From contig NW_026864337.1 in the NCBI RefSeq assembly GCF_026571515.1, positions 186,001 to 250,000 of the forward strand: DNA of 64,000 bases, read 5' to 3'. The position numbers and the translations under genes were made by a program. This stretch comes from Ruditapes philippinarum. Taxonomy: Eukaryota. Below are positions 27,520-40,000 of this stretch, piece by piece. Below the pieces are notes generated by a model. The model saw only the letters and a program-made list of their open reading frames with translations. It was not told the origin of the DNA and searched no databases. How positions within the stretch are numbered: the stretch's first letter is position 1; the number at the start of each line of letters is the position of its first letter.

Positions 27520-29537
27520 TCATTGTGCAAGGCAAGGCTGAAGGTTACACAAAACTGCAACAATTTTGGTGATTTGAAATAAAATAAATCTGAATTTAAG
27601 TGGTATGATGCCGGACAGAATTTTAAAGGTCTTCATTCTACATATTGCCCTCTCCACATGAATTCTGACTTTGGCTATACCTCTAGATCTTTTCAAAGCC
27701 TTAGAACTTAACACCTTCCCATGTGTAAAAAAGGTATATTTAAAGTAGCCTTCTTTGGCAGAAGAAGATGCCGAATATTAAACCCTCTGTCAGCCATTAT
27801 ATCATCAGTTTCTTCCACTAAGTCTACAAATTTGGATTCTCTTACAATAGCTGCATCAGAAATTGAGCCACTGTAAACATCAGATAAAAATGAAATAGCT
27901 CCACTTGGAGTAATGGCTATTAACTGTTTTAAGGTGTTAGAGTGTTTGTATGAAGACCATGTTGCTTTCTGAGCTGCAGGACGTAGGGGTTTTTGAACAT
28001 AATATTCAGTGCAATCAATAATTGCCCGGGTTCTAGGATAATTTGAAAAGCTCTTTGGTAAGTTTGCCTTGTTTATTTCTTTAGAATGCCAGACAATGAG
28101 TGGACTGAGGCACTGACTCAACAGATTTACCCAAGCTAGAAAAATGCGACACACATGACTTTCAGATACATGAAATAGATGAGAGAGATGTTTGTTGCCA
28201 TAGCCTCTTCTAATCTTAACAAGAGTCAAAATCATTTCATGAAAAAGAGACAGTTTCCTATTCTGTCTACCACCTTTTCTTCCTGGCAAATGTTTTCTCT
28301 TTCCATCCCACAGTTTGATTTTCTGAGCTGAAGGTTTAAGCCATGAAAATAAGAAATGTAATAGAACTAAAGTTGGAACACCAGTATAATAGAAACAGTC
28401 TTTGTCATTTTCTGTCACATTGTCTACAAAAAACTTATCTTTACTTGCACAAATTGATGTGTTATCAGATGTAACATTGTTGTTCTGATCATTGACATTA
28501 ACATTTTCTTCACAACATAGATAATTTTCAGAATTACAAGAAGGATTTGAGTCTAGAATGTCATGAAACATGAGGAGAGTAATCACTGTATCTCTAATGT
28601 TCTCAGTCTGCACACCTGGTAGATCTAAAGGTTGGTCAGCATGCTTCTGTTTCATCTTTGGTGTTACTGGTAAGGACTCAGCTGGCCTCTTCCTGTCTGA
28701 CCTGGCTTTGGGTGTAGATGCAGATGGATATTTAGCTGCTACCGGATCTTTACTTCCATCAATGAAGTGCTGAAATACAAAATATACACCACATTATAAT
28801 GCATGCACTTGCACTATTTATCCAGATTCAAGAAAGAAATGCTGAAATTATATCAAGAAAAATATATTCAATGGAACTTAAAATATTTTGATAATTTATT
28901 TCTATTGTGGTAGATCTACTCATAAGTAAGCTAAAAAGCAGAGGATGCAACCCAAATTATGTTTTGGAAAATGTGAACTGGGCATTGGTGCATAGGCTAT
29001 CAGATCCTATACAGTACATGTACATCTATCTCCATTAGCCTAAGAATAATGTGCATCAAGAACAATCAGATCAATACCAGTAACTAAATATATCAACACA
29101 AAATCAGAAATAAATGAAATCGAAAATATCTTAAACATTTCTATATGAAACACATATTGGAACGGCCGGATCAAATTGACAAATATCTTTGGGTTTTTTA
29201 CCCCACCCACCCAAAATTTTCTCATGGAAATCAGTCGGCAATTGGAAACGGACCAGACAGTAATGCGAGACAAAGATAAAATATTCTCAGAAATAGTACG
29301 ACAACAAATACACTGTATTGAAGTTCTCACCTTCGAACAAACAAAGTGATGAGGTCTGATCTTGTCAACTGACAAGTCGCTGTGGGGACGACCACACTGT
29401 TTAATCCACAGACGACACCTCTCCAAGTCAATCGCTGGCTTAGGGAAGGGAAGAAAAGAAACATCCTTCATCCAATCCTTGTGTGAGTATCGGCTGTCGC
29501 TGTTACAAGTCCCCCACGAACATCTTTTAGTTGGCAT
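27520..29537 (-). CDS. Transposon ORF1: THAP + HTH + DDE_Tnp_4 (Harbinger/IS5-like) transposase, ~485 aa, with a 1-nt frameshift at 27727-27732
   Basis: Exon 1 29537-29331 (THAP CSWGTC..PFPKP..W..VCSK|gtgag), exon 2 28769-27520 (begins HF). Catalytic triad IIDCTE, MADRGF, RIHVERAI; the final E lies in the -1 frame after NIP. Confidence 0.9.
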
Positions 29538-29547
29538 TTTGATATTA

Positions 29548-29638
29548 CAATATGGCGATCAGCTGATCTTTGTTTGTACCGGGTCACGTGATATCGGTAT
29601 TGGAAAAACCCACATCGGTCGAGTTCCGGATAACAACT
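29548..29638 (-). promoter_or_regulatory. Right terminus, putative promoter of the transposase gene
   Basis: Same motif set in inverted orientation; ATG is ~100 nt from the end. Confidence 0.5.
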
Positions 29639-29758
29639 ATAATATACACAGTTCAGCTTTGTAATTGCAGGCCTACTTGTAACTAATCTTTAATTGATAT
29701 CAATGAACATCAGGTATTTGAAGTAAATAATACATGTACACATCAGTTTTCCAATTAA

Positions 29759-32700
29759 GGTAGCTCGCTACTTTCCGACTGAAATTTGACAACATCTCGG
29801 ATTTTTGGAATGCAAACACGTAGATATGTAAGCTTTACTTCAGCAACATTATTTTGTAAAGGAAAGGCGTTAGTATGAGCGGAATTGCGACTTATTTATC
29901 GACAAAACGGCCTGTTTTTATCAATTCTCATCCGATTTTCTCCATTTAAATTTAATTATGTTCAATAGACGTATGCCTTTACATTGATGTCTTTCTTTTA
30001 ATTTTGCCGAATATACTGCGATTTTACGGCTATTTTCCCACCGTTTTGACGTACAAAATCTGTTAAATAAAATCGCTCGTCATCACAATTGTGAAATAAA
30101 AAAAAATCAACACGGTGAATTTTACTATAAGTTTTTTAACATGTAATTAAGTCTTGAAGAAAAATATTTATGCAATAAAAATATAGGGTCAACGCGTAAG
30201 ATATTATGCTATTACTGTTTTAAAGTAAAATATAGGGTAAGTAAAACGTAATGATTTCGGTGACGTCAATAGACGTTGGAGTTCAAAATATAATACAAAT
30301 AACAATTTTCTTACGTCAAACATTAAAAATCACACAGTGACTTAATGAAATATATTTTTTAAATTGTTGATTATTTTTCTCATTGAAGTGCAAGCGCTAG
30401 ATGAGCACATTTACATTGTTTAATCCGACAATGCCTTTGCAATATTTTTCTAATTTGCTGAACGCAGTCTCATACATCTTTTTATTTTATAACTTTGTGA
30501 GTGTAATAAAAGAGATCAAGGTGTTATATTACTATATTCAGCGCACAAAAATAAGAATTGCATATTGTGACTGAAGAAAGAACATTAATTAAGTCGCTTA
30601 GCTGATACCCGTTAGAATATCTTTTTTATGTTACATTCAGCTTTTAAACACTTTCATAAAATCAAATACAGGCAGATGAGCCTCACTGTTTAAACACATA
30701 GTAAGAAATGCAATTAAAGTAGATATATGCAGTGGGGCATATTTTCCGTATTTTCACTAGTATCTTGCCGGACTACTTTTTGCTAAATTCAGCCAATATA
30801 CAAGATTTAAGGGAAAGTTTTCAAATTGTGATGTCAAAAAGTGAAAAATGTATGTAATAAACAGAACATTCAAGTTTTTTATATGAATACAGGATTTATT
30901 TTCATCCTGTGCTATGAAAATTATCATATTTCACATTAATCTAACTAAAATGTCATGATAATAGATTTATAAATTAGAGAATGAACACTTATTTGACAAA
31001 CTTTAAAACATTTTTTTGGTAACAAAAATCATACTTAATAAAACAAATTGCATTTTCGCAACTGCAACTGCAGAGCGGTCCTAAAAATGTTATTTCTTTT
31101 AAAAGATTTCCACTACATTTTACCTCTGTATAGAGCAACAACTCTAAGCAACAAAGGGGGTATTGCTCTTTACATTGAAAGATTATACTGTATATTTCAA
31201 TTAAATTCAAAATATAATTATTAAACAACTTGCACAACTTTTGTTACCACTAAATACGAATAATGTATAATGTTGACGTTTTTTTTTTGTATACAGTTTG
31301 CTTTAGATGAAAAAAAAGAAGAAAAAAGAAAAAAAAAGAAAACACAAAAACACTTTATGATGTAAACAATAAAGTGGACTTCTCCGTTATTAAAGGAGAT
31401 GTTACAAAGGGAGATCAGAGTCGGATTTTAACTTGGAATATTCTTCTGTTGCCACGGTGTAATCGGTAAAGTGGTCTTACGCAGAATTCGCAAGTTATGG
31501 ATTTGAGACACGATTGCTCATTGTACTATTAGATTATTTTAATTATAATTTGATCTTACATACGCACTAAATTTGGTGATATTCTATTTATTTTGAAATA
31601 CATTACCTTTACTTTAATGTATCTTATTAACATTGTTTACCAAGAATATACATTTGCTTAGAAAGTAAGAGTTTAGGTGAATAGATGATTTGAGCGATGT
31701 GCACGTTCTTTGTGAATCTTTAAAATTGTTTACTGTGTATGGAATGATTTAATGTCGACCTTGGAATCCTGTCATTTATTTCCGTAGACAAGTGTATACT
31801 GATACAGGATTCGTTAAGCTCTCTCTGCTATATTAAGATTGAAATACTGATGAAAGTGGTGTTAAACCCAAAATTGAAAAATATAAGAAGATAAAAAATA
31901 AAATGCATATTTCATTATTTTCATAGGCTCTAAGCAGTTATTATGTGCATACAGAAACGAGCTTCTCCTACAAGCATATTCAAACAAATTTAGGATCCTA
32001 CGTGTACCTCATCAAAACAAGGCAATCTGCATTTAATATGCAAAATGCTTCGCTTATAAACATAGAGTAAATCAACAGATCTTTCGCCTCTAATCGAGAA
32101 TGATCGCGGCTTTAGATCGCCTCAAACAGAAGAGTAAACGCATACTGCGAGTTTAAAATAAATAAGAAATATCTGTAATTACATGAAATGCGTCAGAAAT
32201 TTAAACCAGAGCTTAGTGCAGGAATATGATTTGCTGGTATTTAGCTGCGAACTGATGGCTGTTAATAAAAAAAAATATACTTGCAGAAAAGTTTCAAAAT
32301 AAATGTCTGCTAGATTTATATAATAAAGACAACCAGTGAATCGTGACGTTCAAATCGTTGTTACTTCCAGTTGGTCATACATTTTTGAAACGTAAATGTT
32401 ATCTTTATTATTCGTATGATAAAGATACTAATCATATCCATATCTCAAAATTTTCCTACTAATTGATCTATATACTTTTGCTTATGATAACATAGAGGTT
32501 TGTTTTAAGTTTAGCATGATAAGACTGCGACTGCGCCAGATTTTCTTCATTTTTTTTCCTGACATTTTGCAAAATTAAAGTTTGTTAGTCCACTTATCAT
32601 TCAATATTCTGAATTGTCTTTCAAATCCTCGAGGTATTAATAATCATTAATTGCAATTTGTCGGAGATTGATACCAACTTAATAAGTAAGATTTGTTTAC

Positions 32701-33430
32701 CTACCGTCATACCCTGATCTATTGTACATTTATATAATTTACAGCTGACAGGACTTTTACTGTTAGAAGAACATTTTTACGGAACATGCCTTAATAATGT
32801 TGTTTGTGATGGTTGTCACGCATTTTTCCCTGCTATAATGCTTTTTATCGAAAAAAATCGTGAAAATTTCATTTAGAAATTTATTTGACGTCACCGAAAT
32901 CATTACGTTTTACTTATCCTTTATTTTATATTCAAACAGTAATAGCAAAATATTTTATGTTGACCCTATATTTTTATTGCATAAATTTTTTCCTTCACAA
33001 CTTCGCTACATGTTAAAAAATATAGCAAAATTCACCGTGTTGATTTATTTTTATTTCACAATTGTTATTGCGCTGGCGTACGATATTTTCAAAAGATTTT
33101 GTACGTCAAAACGGTGGGAAATTAGCCGTAGAATCGCAGCATATTCGGCAAAGTTAAAAGAAAGACATCAATGTAAAGGCATACGTCTATTGAACATAAT
33201 TAAATTTAAATGGCGGAAATCGGATGAGAATTGATAAAAACAGACCGTTTTGTCGATAAAAAAGTTGCAAATCCGCCGCCGCCGCTAGAGGGCGCCTTGA
33301 CGTCATACTAACGCTTTTACGTTACAAAATAATGCTGCTGAAGTAAAGCTTACATATCTACGTGTTTGCTTTCCAAAAATCATCAAGATTCGAGATGTTG
33401 TCAATTTCGGTCGGAATGTAGCGAGCTACC
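29759..33430. mobile_element. Kolobok-type non-autonomous element, 3672 bp, ~510-bp TIRs
   Basis: TTAA at 29755-29758 and 33431-33434; GG...CC termini (GGTAGCTCGCTAC). Arms 29759-~30270 and ~32885-33430 are inverted copies. No transposase seen inside. Confidence 0.85.
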
Positions 33431-33557
33431 TTAAACAAAATGCATAACAAGTTCTTACCAATTCTCCATAAACATGCAACTTAAACATGGCATTTAATCC
33501 CTTAATTAATTCATGATGAATATGTTTATACTAATTAATTGTCTAATTATATCTTAC

Positions 33558-33738
33558 ATTGTTTTTGCTTTTTGCCAAGTTGGTCCCCACACGTGAACTC
33601 CATGCCGACGTACAAGTTCAGCACAGGATTCTGGGTAATCTTCCATGGCTGCTGCCATAAGATTTTTCAAGTCACGCTCATGCGGGGTGTTCTCAATGAA
33701 AGGAACCACTTATTCATCATCAAACTGGTAATATTCAG
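33558..33738 (-). pseudogene. APIP: Orphan exon of methylthioribulose-1-phosphate dehydratase (APIP/MtnB) with an in-frame stop
   Basis: Reads [54 protein letters not shown] and ends AT|gtaag. The acceptor is at 33738 or ~33725. Matches the recalled APIP C-terminal motif VPIIENT..LVRRHGVYVWG.TW.KAKT. Confidence 0.85.
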
Positions 33739-34534
33739 CTGTAATAATATAATTGATCATAATTAGTCTAAATGTTTAATATAGTCACTTTATTTTATAT
33801 AATTAATAAACTTTTGTTTCCTCTAATTTATTCATTATAATACACCTGAAAAATTTAGCTGTCAAGAATAGGCAACACACAAGAATGCTAGACAATAAAG
33901 TCAATGATGTCAATGATGTAACTCTACTATAGATCCTATTTCTTCCCAAGGATAAAAGAAACTTATTTATAAACATCTGGCTTAACAACTAAACCTCTAT
34001 ATTGTTATTTATTATGTGTTGATCTATAAGACTATATCAATGGAAAAAGACAAGGTTACAACTGTTTATATAATCCAGTAACTTGTATGGTAAGTGTCTG
34101 ACTGTAATATTAACCACTCTTTGAATTGAAAATAAAGTCATTCTATATCATTAATGATAATACCATGTAAATTACAGAAAATTCAAGTTCTTTACATTGT
34201 TAAATATACAATAGTCAGAACAAAAACATTAAATTTAGAGCTTTCATTGATAGAAACAATATCAATGTATCGTTGATGTTTTTTGAATCATCAATAAATG
34301 ATAGAAATTTGAAAGAAAGTATTAAATTTTGACTTATTAATTGTCTAGAAATAATTAAAATTCATCCAAAACATATACAAATGCAGGTGTCCATGTCTAA
34401 AACTATGCTGTTGTTATGTAAAAGACATACCGGTATCTAGAAGCAGTGACAACAAAAATCATGCAATGGGCATTTATAAAAAGCCCACATCATAACTGTA
34501 TGAATAGAACTCTATTTAATTAGGTGCAAAAGAG

Positions 34535-35836
34535 AACAAGAAGCGCCGCAACGCAACCAGGTTTTCAACGACCAAGTTTTGATGTGACAGCAATCAAAAG
34601 GTCAAAAAGCACTGAAGTTATTGAGTAGAAGCTGAAAATTCTATTGTAAGCAAATGACCTTTAACTTGCTCCCAGATATCTTAGTGGCAATCCAAAGCTG
34701 CCACTCAGCAAGTTTGGTGTCAAAAGGTCAAAGCAAACTCAAGTTATAACATGAAAACTAAATACATGTACATTAACCTTGATCACAGACACCTGGGTAG
34801 CAATCCCAAGCTGTCTCTTGATATAAGCTACCCATTTATCAAGTTTGGTGTCATAAGGCTAAAGCAAACTCAAGTTATTGAGCAGAAACTGAATTTCTAT
34901 TTTTAGTAACAGTGACCTTGACCTTGATCACAGACACATGGATAGCAATCCCAAGCTGCCCCTTGATATAAGCTATCCATACACCAAGTTTGGTGTCAAT
35001 AGGCCAAAGCAAACTCATGTTACTGAGCAGAAACAGTGACCTTGACCTTGATAACAGACACCTGGGTATCAATCCCAAGCTGCCTCTTGATATAAGCTAC
35101 CCACACACCAAGTTTGGTGTCAATAAGCTAAAGCAAACTCAAATTATAGAGCAGCAACTGAATTTCTATTTTTAGTAACAGTGACCTTGACCTTGATCAC
35201 AGACAGCTTGGTATCAATCCCAAGCTGCCTCTTGATATAAGCTACCCATTTATCAAGTTTGGTGTCATAAGGCTAAAGCAAACTCAAATTATTGAGCAGC
35301 AACTGAATTTCTATTTTTAGTAACAGTGACCTTGACCTTGATCACAGACAGCTTGGTATCAATCCCAAGCTGCCTCTTGATATAAGCTATCCATACATCA
35401 AGTGAGGTGTCAATAGGCCAAAGCAAACTCAAGTTTTTGAGCGGAAACTGAATTTCTATTTTTAGTAACAGTGACCTTGACCTTGATCACAGACACCTTG
35501 TTAGCAATCCCAAGCTGCCTCTTGATATAAGCTATCCATACACCAAGTTTGGTGTCAATAGGCCAATTTGAAAGCAAACTCAAGTTATTGAGCGGAAACT
35601 GAATTTCTATTTTTAGTAACAGTGACCTTGACCTTGATCACAGACATCTGGGTAGCAATCCCAAGCTGCCTCTTGATATAAGCTACCTCCACACCAAGTT
35701 TGGTGTCAATAGGCCAAAGCAAACTAAAGTTATTGAGCGGAAACCAAAAGTTGACGCCCGCCCGCCCGCCTGCCCGCCCGCCCGCCGACTTCGGCATTAC
35801 AATAACCCGGTTTTCGTTGAAAACCTGGTTGAAAAA
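34535..35836 (-). mobile_element. Helentron-type (HINE) element carrying ~132-bp tandem repeats
   Basis: Subterminal AACCAGGTTTTCAACGA at both ends (inverted), (GCCC)n microsatellite at ~35755-35787, about 9 units containing gtgaccttgaccttgatcacagac..aatcccaagctgcc. Confidence 0.8.
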
Positions 35837-36850
35837 GCAATATCTACATTTATCATCTACATAATATTTTGTAGTAAATACCCGATACACTACTTAATTT
35901 AATCAGTTAAAACCAGTCCGATACTGCTGAGCGACTGCCGCAATATTTTATCTTTAGCGTCTTAGGATTGCAAATTTGTCCTATGCTATTTTGATTGTTT
36001 TTTCTTCAAAATAGTTGGGTTTTTATACGAATATATTACGAAAAATAAAATATACATGTTGCTGTAAGTTATCTAAATTATGAACTTGTACTTGTTGACT
36101 TATTTTGTTTTGGGCATCTTGAAATCGTTAAAAGCAAGACAATGTCGGTTAAAACAAAGATATGTTTATAGAGATTTCGTTAATGGATTTGTGATATTTA
36201 ATTGTCATAACATTTTAATATTAGCACAAACAATCTTCTTAACGATTTTTTTACGGGTAATAATTGATATATAATCATTATTTTAATTGATTTATTGATA
36301 GATAAAAGTGTATCATCTGATTTTTGCGATACTGTTCTATTCTTTCATTCGGCTACCTAGCAGTCGAGTGTTATATGATTTTGAATAAGGCGCATGACTT
36401 ACGACGTCACTAAAAACACAAGTACTTCACCTACATCAGCTTTGCACGTGAGGACCAACTTAAAAGGTCTTGCTTTGTTGCAAAACATTTTTCTTATCTC
36501 CGTATACAAAATTCGTAAACACATTGTTAGCAGCAGCAATGAACCGACCCAAATTGATAGCTGTTGTGGATGCCTTTTGCTAAAAGAAAGGGATAACAGG
36601 ATTAGGTCAGGAAAACATATTGCCTCGACCTAAAGGGGAACTGTGTCAAATTTGGACACATCGGTGTGAGAGCTGTTGCATTGCACTATCATAAAACATC
36701 TGATATTCTTAATATATCCATGTGTTGACTTTTACAAACAAGGAAACAAGTTCGTTTTAAAGAAATTTATCTTTAAAAGTTTTGTATTTTTCTTTTGAGA
36801 TTATTTGGAAAGTACTATGCGGACATAGTTCTGGTTTCAAAAACTTAAAT

Positions 36851-37085
36851 GAGCCGTCCCATGACAAAACCAACATAATGGGTTTGCGACCAGCATGGAT
36901 CCAGACCAGCCTGCGCATCCGCGCAGTCTGATCAGGATCTATGCTGTTCGCTATCACTTTCTCTACTTGTTATAGGGTTTGTAAGCGAACAGCATGGATC
37001 CTGATCAGACTGCGCGGATGCGCAGGCTGGTCTGGATCCATGCTGGTCGCAAACCCATTATGTTGGTGTTGTCGTGACGCGGCTC
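36851..37085. mobile_element. Palindromic MITE, 235 bp, Sola-type (GAG termini, 4-bp TSD)
   Basis: ~100-bp near-perfect arms; AAAT at 36847-36850 and 37086-37089. Confidence 0.8.
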
Positions 37086-40000
37086 AAATATACTTTTATA
37101 TAGTAAAGCGATGTCACACATTTGCTGTTTTATTTTGGTTAGATTTTGTACAGGGTCTGGTGCCTTAAATGTCTTATAAACTACATTTATGTTCAAATTT
37201 GATGTCTAATTGTTGGTCAATTGCTTATTAAAAGTTTATATATCGTTTAATAGAGAAATAATTAATAACTGCTCAAGGCATTATGGTAAACCATTTCGAT
37301 CAACACTATATCTAAATAAGACATATGGTGGCATTTTACGACATTGACAAAAGCGTACCCGTCCTGTTACATTTTAAACCGAGTACTGCTAGCAGGACGT
37401 AATGGAATTTTCGTGTCGTGACGGTTCCCCTTTAATTTCAACAACTGGAGATCGGAAGAGACATTCGTCTAGGTAGCATTTTTATTCGGCTCTTCTGAAG
37501 GTATGCAGTACACAGCTGACTATTCCTTCGCAGCCAATTTACTTGTGCGTAAAACTTCGCCTGTATTCTTTTAACAGTATTGTCTTTTTTGTCATGATCA
37601 ACACCTGGCTCACATAAGACCAAATTGTTCATTTGAGTATGTGTAAAGAAAGAAAAATATGAATTGATAAATAAAAAAGCGTTGTTTTTTTAATACTGAA
37701 CTGACGTTCGGCCCTATAGACGAATAAACTTTCCAATAGTTTTACTCAGTTTTTTCTTTTGTAAAACGTTTATGAAAGAGAAATGTTTTCCAAATGTAAG
37801 TTAATGTTCAAAATCTACCACAAGGTAGGACAATTAAAGAAACAATGACAATTTGTAGAAACAAAAACAAGCCAATAAATGACGTAAGACATCCTCAATA
37901 TATTAATAAAGCGTGGCGTAACCGTTATCACTTTTCACATGTAAACATTTTTGCGCTATAGATCTGTACAAGTAGACATATCTATTGAAACTAATTTGAA
38001 AGTAATTGCTTATGCGCATACTGACACGGATCATCTTAGGTTTCCGGCAGGTTGCCTTGGTAGCAACAAATATAGTGGACTGCACGCTTTTTTAAATATG
38101 GCTTTCATGATCTATGGAATAATCACCAGTCCAGTAAAGAAATATTAAAAAAAAAAATAAATAAAGGAAAATAACTGTCACAGGGAAGGTCAATTAAGGT
38201 AACAGGTGTATTGATGCATAAATATGTACTGAAACAAAATACATGAAGCTACAAGCAAATATCTGACTTTGGACGTTCGAAATAATATTTTTCTATTTAA
38301 TTTTATTTACTAAGGGATCATAAGCTGCGTGGTTATTCAAGGTCCCAAGAGAATATTTTTTTATACATTATGAGGGAACCACTAGGCAATGTTAGATGCT
38401 AAATACATAACTATATATAAATAAAAATGTTTCTAGCTCACTTTTTGCTGTCATAGATAAGTTTTATATGGATTTTTACTTTATGTTTAAATGTTTCACA
38501 CATGTGTACTCTTATAACTTCTGCTTACACGTACACAGTACAATTCTAATGTACAATTTGACGATGGGCCGGGGTGCCTCTTTTGGCAAAGTTTAGTTTA
38601 AACCGAGGAAACTTTGTCCAAAACGACTTTTGAAAACGTCGGCATTTAAAAGTTCGACAAACCAACCTAATTTTGTCACATGCTGACCCTGACTAAAATT
38701 TTACCAAACTCCTCACAGTGATAACTTCCCTTGGCAGATTGTAATCACTGTCATCGCAGAAGTCACGTGATCATGAAAGTCAAATGACGTAACGTCAAAA
38801 TTGAAATTTAAATATCGACAGTTTCATAGAAAATCTAATGTAATTTTCTCTTTCTGTTTTTTGTTGTTTTGTTTTTTTGTTTTTTTTTAACTTTTCGTAC
38901 CTACGTTCGTTACAGTACATAAAAAAATTATCAAAAGTGTACAAAATAATGAAAAATAAATTCAAAACCTAAAAAATATAAAATATCAAACTATTGATAC
39001 AAATGTTTGTGATGGCAGAGATCTCTGTATTGATAAAGGGAGATCGCTGCATAGGAGATTGAAATTTTACACGGGACCCTCTGAGCGTTCCGCGGCTTCC
39101 ACCCGATTACAAAACACATTGCACGCTGCAATTCTATCGCAATGGCATTTAGATGACAAATGGACGCGTTATTTTGAAATGTCACATGTAAGCAATTCTT
39201 ATCCAACATTTATTTTTCTATCAAATATACTCAGAACAATAAATAACATTCATGTATTCTATAGTTATAGATTTTTAATTTATGTCAATGCTAAAGTTAA
39301 CTTATAGATCAGAGCTATTCCACTTGCCAATCTAATCCCAATCTAATCCCAAGTAAATGGCAAGATTTGGTGTACAATACCATATTTCCAATGAAAAGCA
39401 GCACACCCTTATCCTTTAAAGCATCGCTACACGAGTATCAATCTTGCCCAATATGAAGCTAAAGAAGCCACAATGGGTCAAAGGGGAAATTAGAGTAAAT
39501 CATACGAAACATTGAACGGTTTGACCCAACAGATGAGTATACCTATCGCTCGCTCTGCTAGCGTACAAACGATTAATTATTCAAGTTTAAAGATATATCA
39601 ATACTCATTCATTTGAGATATAGAATTTATTTTAAAATCAGATTTTGAATCCTTATTGTCATTGACTGATTTATGATAAATAAAGCATTTGGCACGCACT
39701 CATTTGAAGATTTGATCAATCTGGCAATTATACGTTCAATAAGCAGAACGTACACAAGTATATATACTTATATACTATACAAAAATGCATAAAAGGTATA
39801 TCTACATTTATCATCTACAGAATACTTTGTAGTAAACACCCGATACAGTACTTCGTGTATCAGTTAAAAAAAAACCCGTTCGTTACTGTTGAGTGACTGC
39901 CACATTATTTTACATTTGCAAATGTACTCGGTGTCATTTGGATTCTTTTTAAAAGGTAAGATTTTTATACATATTTTATGAAAGAAAAATAAAATGTACA

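Larger units (their letters stand above)
24277..29638. mobile_element. Full-length ISL2EU-type (PHIS/Harbinger-related) DNA transposon, 5362 bp, two convergent genes
   Basis: AT TSD at 24275-24276 and 29639-29640; AG...CT termini; ~70-bp block-wise TIRs including a perfect 24-bp block ATCACGTGACCCGGTACAAACAAA; encodes a THAP+DDE transposase and a YqaJ nuclease. Confidence 0.92.

Noticed and set aside
32860-33234. 124-aa ORF and the other short ORFs in repeats, antisense to real exons, or spanning N gaps
   Set aside because: They lie in TIRs, microsatellites or gaps, or are shadows of real genes; no protein motifs.
34535-35836. Regular repeats (also 7567-8021 and 16757-17989) as CRISPR-like arrays near a nuclease gene
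   Set aside because: Whole units repeat with no unique spacers; they are satellites within eukaryotic elements.
38311-39418. Possible Kolobok-like element with E-box and CRE-like motifs inside
   Set aside because: Terminal similarity is too weak and the left TTAA is imperfect.
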